From: Octopus sinensis
Lineage: Eukaryota
DNA: 62,862 bases
Assembly (NCBI RefSeq): GCF_006345805.1
Contig: NW_021832214.1
Coordinates: 1 to 62,862 of the forward strand
Direction of reading: 5' to 3'
In this document: positions 49,472 through 61,398 of the stretch, one piece after another
Layout: every line of letters starts with the position of its first letter
Position numbering within the stretch: position 1 is the stretch's first letter
The notes under the pieces: generated by a model
The model's input: only the letters and a program-made list of their open reading frames with translations
What the model was told of the DNA's origin: nothing
Databases searched by the model: none
Program-made: the position numbers and the translations under genes

Positions 49472-49776
49472 AGGTTACAAACTAAAAGAAGGGAATTAAT
49501 ATTTGCACAATCCGCCCGTCTTTTCGCAAGGAATTTCATCTGTTTATAAACCAAAACTCTGAAGAGACTTATATAAGTGGATATGTATTGTTTATAAATC
49601 AAATACTTTATATAAGTTGAAACAAATTGTTGGCTATTTTGGTGTTTTAATGATTTATTATGTTACCTTATATTATATTCATAGTATATTATGTTATATT
49701 TTAATAAAAATATATTATTGGATTGTTAATTGAATCTCTCTATTTAATTTATTGTTTATATATATATATATATATA

Positions 49777-50198
49777 CAGTGTACATTTAAACACATAAGA
49801 GATGGCCATAATCAGACACCTAAACTGCCAGAAGGAGTAGTTAAAATCCAAATCTCAATTAGGGGTAATTTCGAAAGGGAATTAAAAATAAAAACATTTA
49901 CCCATCTATTTCCTGGACCATGGTTTCAAGCTATCTTCAGCAAATAAAGTAATTTGCTAGGCGAAGCTCTCATCAGCAGGAAAGCCAAAGATTAACATAT
50001 AAGTCCGCGGCAATACAGAACATATCTCGTGCTTACAAGTTATAGCTTGAAACCATGGTTCAGGAAATAGATGGTAAATGTTTTTATTTTTCATTCCCTT
50101 TCGAAATGACCCCTAATTGTGGTTTGGAGTTTAACTACTCTTTCTAGCAGTTTAGACGTCCGATTATGCCCAACTCTTATGAGTTTAAATGTACACTG
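49777..50198. mobile_element. Tc1/mariner-type MITE, 422 bp, ~165-bp imperfect TIRs, TA TSD
   Basis: TA|CAGTGTACATTTAAA..TTTAAATGTACACTG|TA; inner TIR ends CCATGGTTTCAAGCTAT / ATAGCTTGAAACCATGG. Confidence 0.85.
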
Positions 50199-50275
50199 TA
50201 TATATAGTCTATTGACTAGTTTTCTACACGCTAGGCCACTGTGTAAAAAATTCTAAATAATATTTTACTACCCTG

Positions 50276-50318
<43 letters not shown>

Positions 50319-50599
50319 TAGGTATGTATATCACGATTGTTTGATTAATCTTTCGGTCATTCAATTGATCATTTCGATTTCCTCTGTGTCCTTCCGTCGC
50401 CTTGGCCTAATATCTTTCCAGATACATTAAAATCTGTTTCAACACGATTTCACATGACGAATCTTGCCTAAAGTAGAAAAAGATGTTTTTAAAAATCCTA
50501 TTATATTCTTATATTTAAATAGTAGGAATTCTATTGAAAAATTCTTAAAATATTTTGTGTATTGTACAAGTATAACTAATTTTTTGTTTTGGTTGACCC

Positions 50600-50780
50600 A
50601 TTGTTACATTGGAAGACACTCACCCAAGGTCCCGCACAGTGGGACTGAACCAGAAACCATGTGGTTGGGAAGCATAGTACTTCCAACACATCTACGCTGC
50701 AGAAAGTGATGCCATGTAGTGGTATCGAACCCGAGATTTCGTGGTTGCGATACGAACTTCTTAACCATTCAACCATACTG
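50600..50780 (-). mobile_element. Two family-B SINE head fragments
   Basis: CAGTGGGACTGAACC..CCATGTGGTTGG motifs. Confidence 0.65.
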
Positions 50781-51051
50781 TGTGCCTATCACGTCAACCT
50801 CCCTTAATAAGTGCAGTGGAGACGTAAATCAAACGAAATAACCTAGATGAGTAACTATGTCAACCGTTACGCAATGACCCCGTAATGTTCATTACCAAAC
50901 GATTAGGACCCCTCATTGAGATGGCGACTGCGGCAATCGTTCGTCACAACCAAAAATATTGCATCCGGTGCTCGCGGACATGTCGTTCAGTGGGTTTCAT
51001 AATGAGGCAGTCATCACTAGCGCTAATAACAGTTTATCAGTCAATAATGAA

Positions 51052-51088
<37 letters not shown>

Positions 51089-51404
51089 TATTATTAACAA
51101 CAACAACAACAACAACAACAATAATAATTATGTTTAATAAACAAAACAATATTTGATAATCACCGCGTCTTCAATATCTCTAGTTTTTACCCATCATTTT
51201 CGTTGCTTACGGGAATCAATGGTAGCTGTTTTTCTCACGCTGTTACGCACATAGATCTGCACTTAGGTAATCACTCCATCAACTTTCAGTCACCCACCCA
51301 ACAGATATTATGATGATACACTGAATTACAATTCATCAATTGTCATAGTGTCACTACCCTTGCATCTGACGACAGTAAAAGTTACTCGACCTCATTTTTT
51401 ATAC

Positions 51405-51635
51405 CTATTTCTTTATTACCCACAAGGGGCTAAACACAGAGGGGATAAACAAGGACAGACATAGATATTAAGTCGATTAAATCGACCCAGTGCGTAACTG
51501 GTACTTAATTTATCGACCCCGAAAGGATGAAAGGCGAAGTCGACCTCGGCGTAATTTGAACTCAGAACGTAGCGGCAGATGAAATACCGCTAATGGATTT
51601 CGCCCGGCGTGCTAACGATTCTGCCAGCTCGCCGT
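51405..51635 (-). mobile_element. SINE family A, full length
   Basis: Alignment to family A. Confidence 0.9.
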
Positions 51636-51738
51636 ATCATTTTTCATAACGTGTTACCCTTACCTCGAAGTCTAACATAGCAACTACCCAGCCTTGCTAT
51701 ACCTCAGGTTTACCGGTTCTTAATCATATAACCATTCA

Positions 51739-51935
51739 CCGTATTTTTCGGCAAACAAGACGAATGTAGTAAATATATAGTGTAAACATGTAGTGTAAAC
51801 ATGTAGTGTAAAGTGTGTTTCAAATATTGGCACTGTCTTTCCACGTGAAATTTTTCGTCCTCTCAAGTCGACCTGGTGTATAAGTCGACTTACATTGGCT
51901 GTAAATTTTGGTCTGAAATGTTCGACTTGTATATA
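51739..51935 (+). mobile_element. Possible Tc2-like DNA transposon remnant
   Basis: Starts CCGTATTTTTCGG; internal TATAAGTCGAC subterminal-type repeats. Confidence 0.35.
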
Positions 51936-51949
51936 TATTCGACAAATAA

Positions 51950-52118
51950 AGGCGTAGGAGTGGCTGTGTGGTAAATAGCTTGTTTACCAACCAAATGGTT
52001 CTGGGTTCAGTCCTACTGCGTGGCACCTTGGGCAAATGTCTTCTACTATAACCTCGGGACGACCAAAGCCTTGTGAGTGGATTTGGTAGACGGAAACTTA
52101 AAGAAATTCGTTGTACAT

Positions 52119-52181
<63 letters not shown>

Positions 52182-52383
52182 TGTGTTTGTCTCCCAGCAT
52201 CGCATGACAACCGATGCTGGTGTGTTTACGTCCCCGTGACTTAGCGGTTCGGCAAAAGAGACCGATAGAATAAGTACTAGGCTTACAAAGAATAAGTTCT
52301 GGGGGCGATTTGCTCAACTAAAATCGGTGCTTCAGCATGGCCACCGTCAAATGACTGAAACAAGTAAAAGAGTAAAAAGAGTT
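51950..52383 (+). mobile_element. SINE family B, full length
   Basis: Alignment to family B. Confidence 0.9.
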
Positions 52384-52413
52384 GTATGCTGGAAAATGTG
52401 GTGGCATCGAAAC

Positions 52414-52600
52414 CAGTGGTTCTCAACCGGAATCCATATGACCCGCCCCCCAAAGGGTAGATATAAGATTTTTTTGGGGTCCATGAAAGCAAAATAGTAA
52501 ATTGGGTACACACAGAAATATATTAAGGGTCCAGGAAAAAAAATTTGATTTCGATTTATTCATTGCAAGAAACAACTAAGTTTGTTTCGTAACATTTTAC
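52414..52600 (+). mobile_element. hAT-like DNA transposon end fragment
   Basis: Starts CAGTGGTTCTCAACC (hAT-Charlie-type TIR); second TIR not found. Confidence 0.45.
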
Positions 52601-52602
52601 AT

Positions 52603-53005
52603 TCTTTTACTTGTTTCAGTCATTTGACTGCGGCCATGCTGGAGCACCGCCTTTGGTCGAGCAAATCGACCCCGGGACTTATTCTTTTGTAAGCCCAGTA
52701 CTTATTTTATCGGTCTCTTTTGCCGAACCGCTAAGTGACGGGGACGTAAACACACCAGCATCGGTTGTCAAACAATGCTAGGGGGACAAACACAGACACA
52801 CAAACATATACACACACACTTATATATAGATACATATATACGACAGGCTTCTTTCAGTTTCCGTCTACCAAATCCACTCACAAGGCATTGGTCGGCCCGA
52901 GGCTATAGCAGAAGACACTTGCCCAAGATGCCACGCAGTGGGACTGAACCCGGAACCATGTGGTTGGTTAGCAAGCTACTTACCACACAGCCACTCCTGC
53001 GCCTA
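52603..53005 (-). mobile_element. SINE family B, full length
   Basis: Alignment to family B. Confidence 0.9.
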
Positions 53006-53228
53006 TTGTTCAACTTACACAAATAAATGTGTGAAAAACAGAACAGGAATTTTGAAAGAAGTATCTAAAAAACTAGTTTTTAAACATCGAGAGACTTCAT
53101 TACCGTTCACGGTCCTGCTCCTGCATGGCCGCAATCCAGTGGCTGAAAAAAAGTAAAAGATAAAAGATATAAAGAAGTACATGATTATGATTCCAGATAT
53201 AACAAAAAAATATTAAATGCACCCTTTT

Positions 53229-53465
53229 AAAGCCTAGCGCGGCTCATGGGCCCGGTCTCCCGGTTTCTATGGCGTATGTGTTCCTCAGCTGGACGGGACG
53301 CCAGCCCAGCGCAGCGTTACTCATTTTTGCCAGTTGAGTGGACTGGAGCAACGTGAAATGAAGTGTTTTACTCAAGAGTACAACGTGTCGCCCGATCCAG
53401 GAATCGAAACCACAATTTTGCGATCATGATGCTAAAACCCTGACCATTTAACCACGCGCCTTCAC
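53229..53465 (-). mobile_element. SINE, head D/CORE-like plus tail Y
   Basis: Homologous to 41492-41731. Confidence 0.85.
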
Positions 53466-53639
53466 ACAATTCCGGATATAAAACAGAGTTAATGGTGTTT
53501 TACAGGATCTTGCGGAGTTAAACAAATATTTGTCTATCATTAACATAAAATTTGAATTATTTTTTAATGATAGCTATAGGCATACGTTTTGTCACCTGTT
53601 ATGACCGTTTCCCCCCCAAAAATTTTCTTCCGCAACCCA

Positions 53640-53861
53640 ATCCAGGACATAGAGTACAGCTGAAGCCCCAAATTCTTTTTGAGACGCCCACACTCTGCAC
53701 ACTTTACATTTAAAATTTGCTATAAACGACAGACGTGAGCGATAACACTGCGCATGCACGTCGGGGTTCAAAGTCAATCTGTCGTATTCTAGCTTCAATC
53801 CGCGTATTCTAGCTCCGTTAACATAGCAAACATTGTCGCGATACATTTTCATCAGACCTCG
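53640..53861 (-). mobile_element. Possible mariner-type 5' end remnant
   Basis: Minus strand TA|CGAGGTCTGATGAAAA resembles the TIR start of the 47589 element; left boundary undefined. Confidence 0.35.
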
Positions 53862-54229
53862 TATATACATACGTATATACGCGCGCGTGTGTGTGTGTGT
53901 GCATTTTTCTCAGGCGTGCGATATCACGTAGAAACAATTTCAGTTCCAGAAAAATATCTTTGCTTAAACTTTAAAATTCCGACGACTTCCCTAATAGATA
54001 TTTTATCAGCGACGGTTCATAAGACGATACGATATCGCTTTTTCTTATGGTTTTAGACTTTGTTTTCTAAGATGCAAACCAAGTGAAATGCTATATCCAA
54101 AAATCGAAACCAAGTAAATCTTTTGGACTTCCTGCAAAACCAATTGTAAATGGAACTACGCGTCAATGAAAAAATATGTACGAGTGTGTCTATGGTTGTG
54201 TGTGTGTTTGCATATATATGTGTGTATGT

Positions 54230-54825
54230 GGTGGCGAGCTGGCAGAAACGTTAGCGCGCCGGGCGAAATGATTATCGGTATTTCGTCTGCCGTTACGTTC
54301 TGAGTTCAAATTCCGCCGAGGTCGACTTTGCCTTTCATTCTTTCGGAGTCGATAAATAAAGTACCAGTTTCGCACTGGGGTCGATGTAATCGACTTAATC
54401 CGTTTGTCTGTCCTTGTTTGCCCTCTCTGTGTTTAGCCCCTTGTGGGTAGTAAAGAAATAGGTATTTCGTCTGTCGTTACGTTCTGTGTTCAAATTTCGC
54501 CGAGGTCGACTTTGCCTTTCATCCTTTCGGGGTCGATAAATAAAGTACCAGTTTCGCACTGGGGTCGATGTAATCGACTTAATCCGTTTGTCTGTCCTTG
54601 TTTGCCCTCTCTGTGTTTAGCCCCTTGTGGGTAGTAAAGAAATAGGTATTTCGTCTGTCGTTACGTTCTGTGTTCAAATTTCGCCGAGGTCGACTTTGCC
54701 TTTCATCCTTTCGGGGTCGATAAATAAAGTACCAGTTTCGCACTGGGGTCGATGTAATCGACTTAATCCGTTTATCTGTCCTTGTTCGTCCCCTCCATGT
54801 TTAGCCCCTTGTGGGTAGTAAAGAA
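54230..54825 (+). mobile_element. Family-A SINE trimer (head plus tandem 184-bp units)
   Basis: Near-identical units with junction AAAGAAATAGG|TATTTCGTCTG at ~54460 and ~54645. Confidence 0.92.
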
Positions 54826-55077
54826 AAATATATGTGTGTTTATGTGTGTATTTATATGCATGCAAACAAATGTATCAGTGTGTATGTCTAGATATGTGTG
54901 TGTGTTTTGTGTGCATGCATGTATGTACTATGCGCGAGCGTGTTTGAATAGATCCTTGTGTGTGTGTCTGTGTGTGTATTTATAACTAATAGTAATAAGA
55001 AAATAGTTAAAAAAAAAAAGAAAATCTTGGGTGGGCCTCGATCGTAGGCGATGTTGTCCTTAAAATGATCACATTAC

Positions 55078-55147
55078 CGATTCATCGCATCTGTACAATG
55101 CAGGGAACAGCATTTACAGCCACCGGCTTGTCTTTCCAGGTCAAATG
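55078..55147 (-). other. Candidate 70-nt internal exon (one open frame: FDLERQAGGCKCCSLHCTDAMN)
   Basis: Acceptor ..GCACGCACAG|C, donor TCG|GTAATG; unique sequence; no homology recognised. Confidence 0.25.
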
Positions 55148-55253
55148 CTGTGCGTGCGTTGATAGATATATGTAGATGAATAAATAGATAGGGATGAGTA
55201 ACACTGAGAGACAAAGGAAGCAGAACTTGGATAGATACATAAACAGACAAGAA

Positions 55254-55298
<45 letters not shown>

Positions 55299-55400
55299 AA
55301 GAGAGCGAATGAACGATATACGTACAAACTAGTAAAAAACTCAGATAGGATACGTAAGCTCACGAAGTCACAACTACTTGCACACATACAAACAAATATA

Positions 55401-55745
55401 TTGGGTTGTCCGGAAAGTTCGTGCCGATTTTTAAAGGAAAGAAAAAGGTCAATAAATACTTGCTATTTCATTTTTAATCAACGAAATACGAACCATTTTG
55501 TTGCACAATGCGTCTCCATCTTTCCTTTAACTTGAAAATACTCTCTTCCCAGAATTGAGGTGGTTTCATGGCAAAAAATTCATCAAGGTATCCTTTTACG
55601 TCATCCAATGAATTGAAATTTTTACCATCAAGACTATTCTGCAGATATCTGAATAAGTGGAAATCCGATGGAGCAATATCTAGTGAATATGGAGGGTGGA
55701 GTAAAACATCTCAGCCGAGGTGCAGCAATTTTTATTTGGTTCCCA
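55401..55745 (-). mobile_element. Mariner 3' fragment (transposase C-terminus plus TIR)
   Basis: DVLLHPPYSLDIAPSDFHLFRYLQNSLDGKNFNSLDDVK..KLKERWRRIVQQNGSYFVD* (stop 55474-55476); TIR TA|TTGGGTTGTCCGGAAAGTT. Confidence 0.85.
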
Positions 55746-56339
55746 AAGCATCATATGCCGAAAATGAACTTTCTTATCTTCAATTTTAAAGGAGTTACAG
55801 AATTAACACAGGTTATAGGAACATAAACCTTCTTCCACGAAAAGATAGCTTAAACTGTGCTCTAAATGGAGGTGTAGTCAAATCCTATTTTATGGACTCA
55901 ACCACGTTCTAAAATAAGTCGAAATGTAAACTACATTCCGGAGAACCAAACAGCGCTTATACATTCATATTAGATATAACAGCTTGTTTGAATTTATATA
56001 CATAAATATATATTTACACTAGTCGCATGTGCTTTTCTGTTTTACAGAGAAAATTAGGGGGTTTAGCCAATGTATGTAGCAGACAGTTGTAAACAGCTTG
56101 CTTTTATATGCAAACTCGTCACGGTTGTAAACATGGGATCAGCTGAACTAGTTTCAATCCTGTTTTGGGATTTCACAAGCAACTATGTCTATACTGGTAC
56201 CCACTTTAGCTATCAAAAGACATATTGCATATAAGTACGTTATTACAAATGGCTGACGAAATTCCGAAAGGTCGATTTCGATAGCATAACGCATTTTTGG
56301 CTGCTTCTTAAATTAGTTAATTTATTATCTTCTATCTTT

Positions 56340-56542
56340 TATGTTTTGACCTGTTTAGGTCATTAAACTGCAGTCATGATGGAGCACCACCTCGAATTTT
56401 TTGGACGAATGAATCGATCCCAATGCTAATTTTAAAAGCCTGATACCTATTTTATCATTCTCTTTTGCCGAACCGCTAAGTTACGAGGAGGTAAACAAAC
56501 CAACACCGGTTGTCAAGTGGCGATGGGTGGGGGACAAACACA

Positions 56543-56583
<41 letters not shown>

Positions 56584-56765
56584 TTATATATATACATATA
56601 CGAAATGCTTCCACACGGTTTCCGTGTATCCGATTAATTCACAATGCATTGAGCGAACCAGTGATTATAAAAGAAGATACTTGCCAAAGTTGCCGAACAG
56701 TAGGATTGAACTCAGTACCATGTGGTTACAAAACAATCTTCCTAACCACACAGCCATGTTTGCGC
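56340..56765 (-). mobile_element. SINE family B, diverged
   Basis: Alignment to family B. Confidence 0.8.
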
Positions 56766-56959
56766 CTAATAATTGTTTATATACGTATAAACCTGTGTGT
56801 GTGTATGTATGTATGTCAGCGTATATATGTATGCATATAATGTAATATATATATATATACATATACATATACATGTATATATATGTGTGCGCGTTATATA
56901 CATATATACATATACATATATATATATATGTAGGTACATATATATATATATATATATAG

Positions 56960-57010
<51 letters not shown>

Positions 57011-57270
57011 TTAGGGATAACTGCCCGTTATCTTCAGCAGCTCAATTCGACCACACAGGGGATCGGTCATTTGTTTGTGTGTCTGTTGAACGTATCTAAA
57101 CAACGAAGAAAGACGCCATTTTGCAACCTAGTTAGGCAGACGGTCAGGCCATCAGACAAGCCTCGCAGTTCTTGCTCTCAATTATTTCATTCACAGAATG
57201 AACTCATTGTCTGCGAGAACCCCCAACAGTGAACAGGAAACAAAGTGGGTCCTCATCGTAGTGATCTCAC

Positions 57271-57314
57271 TAGACGTTTCTCTTCTACGGTGAACGATGC
57301 TGTGACACATTCTC
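57271..57314 (-). other. Candidate 44-nt exon (..[14 protein letters not shown])
   Basis: Acceptor TTTACTGCCCAG|G, donor CTA|GTGAGA; phase-compatible with 55078-55147. Confidence 0.2.
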
Positions 57315-57437
57315 CTGGGCAGTAAACACTGTTTTATTGTTGTTTATTTTAAAAAAGGGGCTCTCTCTGAAAATAAACCTGCAGTCAATACATTCGCGAA
57401 AACATAACACAACAACTACATCCGTCCTTCCAGCCAT

Positions 57438-57850
<413 letters not shown>

Positions 57851-57950
57851 AGTATGTATGTCAATACACACACATACAAATAACTTTACGGAAAACGACT
57901 GTGCGATAGTATTATTATTATTATCATTATTATTATTATTATTATTATTA

Positions 57951-59020
57951 CTTTTTTTTCTTCTTTCAAATTTGCTTCCATTTCTTGCCGAGTGTCTTCC
58001 CGACTCCTAGGGCAAAGAAACTCATAGTATACATTGGTTGGCCATTAAATCAAACTCAATAATTCGTTCATTTTAAAAAAATTTTTTTTTAAGTTAAATT
58101 AAAATACATGAGCAGCAACAGTTCTCACATCGACAATGCTCTCTCTCAATACGTGTGATGTACCAGTTAAGACAATCTTTTGTACTTCTGCGAGGGATGG
58201 TAAGCCAGGGATCATTCTCATATAATTTTCGGTTCCTTCTTGATCATTCCTAGTGCTCCTACGATCACTGGTATTGTAACCGCCTTGAGATGCCACATTT
58301 TCTCAATTTCAATGAGTAGGTCTTTATATTTTCTGAGCTTGTCAAACTCTTTCGCTGAGATATTATGATCACAGGGGATGCTCATGTCGATCAATAAGCA
58401 AACTTTATTGTTTTGGTCTTTCACAACAATATCTGGTTTATTGGCCTTGATGGTTCGGTCTGTATGTACTGGAAAGTCCCACAGAATGGTTACATTTTCT
58501 CCTTCAGTTACAGCCTCAGGGTGGTGATTATACCACTTGTCGGCAGTTTTGATATTGTAATGCCGACTTATTAGCCAGCGTAGATATTGGCCAACTCTGT
58601 CATGTCTTAATTTATACTCCACTGGTGCTAAGACTTTACACCCAGAGATTAGGTGGTCCACTGTTTCAATCATGTCGTTGCAGAATCGGCATTTTGGGTC
58701 TGCTCCATTTTTCATCACATTGGCCTGGTAGTTCCGGGTTAATAGGCTTTGATCTTGAGCAGCCAGGATGAAACCTTCGCTCTCTGATGGGTTTGCTTCT
58801 GGTCAACATCAGCTTGTTTGCTGCGGGTCACATATTTGCCGTGCAGAGGTTTCTCCTCCCACCTATCAGCCAATTGCTCGTGCGCTTTTTTCATTGCCAT
58901 CATTTTCACCTTCTTTGCAACAAGTAGTTGCCGTACTTCCCTCGGGTTGTTCAGTTGGGTATCCTGCACGAGATCAATAGCAAAGTTTTTGCTTTCCTTT
59001 ATGATAGAATGAAGCTTCTT
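57951..59020 (-). mobile_element. 5'-truncated R4/Dong-clade LINE (post-RT region, CCHC knuckle, restriction-like endonuclease, 3' UTR)
   Basis: KPLHGKY..DVDQKQTHQ..EGFILAAQDQSL; CRFC..ETVDHLISGC; WDFPVHTDRTIKANKPDIVV..LIDMSIP..KYKDL..IPVIVGALG; (TAA)n on both flanks. Confidence 0.92.
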
Positions 59021-59072
59021 TATTATATTATTATTATTATATATTATTATTATTATTATTATTATTATTGAT

Positions 59073-59645
59073 GTGAGCGAGCAGCAGAGCATGCCATCAA
59101 AGTGACACTGGGGTAAAATATACGAAGCCAGTATACCCATCATGACTACCCGTCTGATAAGGGTACACCAGGTACATGCATCACAACCATATGTGCGCGA
59201 CATGGTGATCTCATATCAAGATAAACAGCACATGACCTTGCAGGTGGGGCCAGTTAGAATTTTTTTCAGATCGAGTAACCCATCCCGCTCAAAAGGTCCT
59301 GAATAAGGGTTGTTTAAGGACGTTGAACGAAACACCCATGTTTCCAGAGGTGAATTATTCAAACCCAAAGAATCCTTCTCAACACATGGCTATGATGCTC
59401 CCCCACTACTTCTGCTCGTGATCAGAGATGCACATATCGTCAGCCACTAAGGGACATGCTCAACTGGTTAAGGTCAAACAACTGACAAGTAAATCTGTGG
59501 TATTGAGCAGAATATTTGCTGTAGCCCATCTTTTATACCAAGACAAAACAATGTACATGATAACACTTCCAATCAGTTAAGATCAGAAGCCATGAGAGCC
59601 ACTGCCTGGTACTGCATCAGGGCAATTACCTGGTACTGCATCAGA
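59073..59645. mobile_element. Unclassified ~570-bp interspersed repeat bounded by (TTA)n on both sides
   Basis: Second partial copy at 2905-3062; terminal CCTGGTACTGCATCAG duplicated; no ORF or tRNA head seen. Confidence 0.7.
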
Positions 59646-59743
<98 letters not shown>

Positions 59744-59877
59744 TAGTAGTCTCAGCAGCAGCAATAACTCAGTAGCCGTAGCAGTAGCAGTAGTCGTATA
59801 CCAAAAATTTTTCGTTTGGTGTATCAGAGCTGATTCTTTTTTTTACAATTTTTTTCCTTTCCAGTTTTTCCTTCTAG

Positions 59878-60120
59878 ACTACGAGTAATTTATAATATAT
59901 TTATAACAGTTTCCTGGATTTATTCGCCGACGGATTTTTCTGATCGTATATATAAATTAATTTAACTCGTATTTTAATGTAAATGTAGTCAGTAGAAATA
60001 CACACGTCTTGTAAAACAATTCAAATGTATTTTAACGGAAGAATAGCGCTCGTTTTGGAAGCATAACTAAAAATTTAAAAGAAAAATACGCAAAATTCAT
60101 AGATTAATGGCGACGAAAAG
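59878..60120 (+). other. Candidate exon containing a start codon (ATG GCG ACG AAA AG|GTGAGA)
   Basis: Pyrimidine tract plus TAG acceptor at 59877; ATG at 60107; strong donor after 60120; downstream exons not identified. Confidence 0.25.
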
Positions 60121-60329
60121 GTGAGATTCCTTTAGTTATATTCGATGAGAAATTTCAGTTAGTTACGCTTCGCTTCAACTCGAGATGAACGCCTGTTAGC
60201 CGTTCAGAGAAATACTGGCAAAGCTACACACATACACACATGTACACATGCATGCATACATACACACACACACACACACACAAATACACACACACACTCA
60301 TATATATATACACACACATACATATATGT

Positions 60330-60475
60330 AGTCTCCGGCGTAGCAGAGTGGTAAGAACTTTGTTTCCCAACCACATGGTTCCGGATTCATTGCCACTGCG
60401 TGGCACCTTGAGTAAGCGTCCTCAACTATAACTTCGGCTGACTAAAACCTTGTGAGTGGATTTGGTTGGACGAAA
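60330..60475 (+). mobile_element. SINE family B 5' half, diverged
   Basis: Alignment to family B. Confidence 0.75.
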
Positions 60476-60960
60476 GCATATGTGAGTATGTGTGTGAGTG
60501 TGTGTGTGTGTGCGTGTGTGAGTGTGTGGTGTGTGTGTGTGTGTGTGTGTGCGTGTGTGTGTATATGAAATTAAATGGACGAAGAAAGAATTATGTAATG
60601 AAATTCATTACCACACAGCTGTGTTTGTTATATGATGCAACACGCTTAATTTCAGTGGTTGTCCGTCAACTTATAGCCTCCTTGGCGCTTCTAAAATGAA
60701 GTGCAAGTTTTGTCTGGGAAAGCTTATACATACATGGACACGATCACTGTCGAAAACATAAAAATTTCTAGGAAATGGTATATAGCCGAAACAGCCGTAA
60801 CCTATTGAACATAATTTCTTCTTCCTGAGTCATTTATTTAATGTCAAATTATGCTTTGTACTCAGCTAACGCTTTATATGGAACATGTGTACATCGGGGT
60901 TCTGACATTATTAAGCTCTCCATGCGTAAACAAAGTATATATATATATATATATATATAT

Positions 60961-61155
60961 AGTTAATCCAAACATGAGAGCACAAAAAAAAAACACAACA
61001 ACGCGAGGACGTGGAACAAATATAGTATTATTGGACGCTCAGGAAAGAAGGAGGGTTTAACGTTTCGAGCGGAGCTCTTCGTCGGAAACATAGGAGAAGG
61101 AAAGATCCAGAGAAGGGAAGACAGAGGAAAAAAATCGCCAACGGTACACACGCGG

Positions 61156-61158
<3 letters not shown>
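60961..61158 (-). mobile_element. ~200-bp PLE-like repeat with variant minimal HHR (61055-61089)
   Basis: Minus strand GTTT-CCGACGA-AGAGC(TCC)GCTC-GAAAC-GTT^AAAC; second copy at 62094-62292. Confidence 0.7.
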
Positions 61159-61192
<34 letters not shown>

Positions 61193-61214
61193 TATATATA
61201 TATATCTAGTAGGA

Positions 61215-61398
61215 GCACTCCGTCAGTTACGACGACGAGGGTCTCAGCTGATACGATCAACGGAACAGCTTGCTCGTGAAATTAACGTGCAAGTGGCTGA
61301 GCATACCACAGACACGCGTACCCCCCACCAACGTAGTTCTCAGGGAGATTCATCGCGACACAGAGTGTGACAAGGCCGGCCCATTGAAATACAGGTAC
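61215..61398 (-). mobile_element. SINE tail X fragment
   Basis: GCACTCCGTCAGTTACGACGACGAGGG..TGAAATACAGGTAC. Confidence 0.85.

Noticed and set aside
56247-56305. CTGACGA..hairpin..CGATAGC as a hammerhead
   Set aside because: GAAA and the cleavage triplet are missing; not supportable without homologs.
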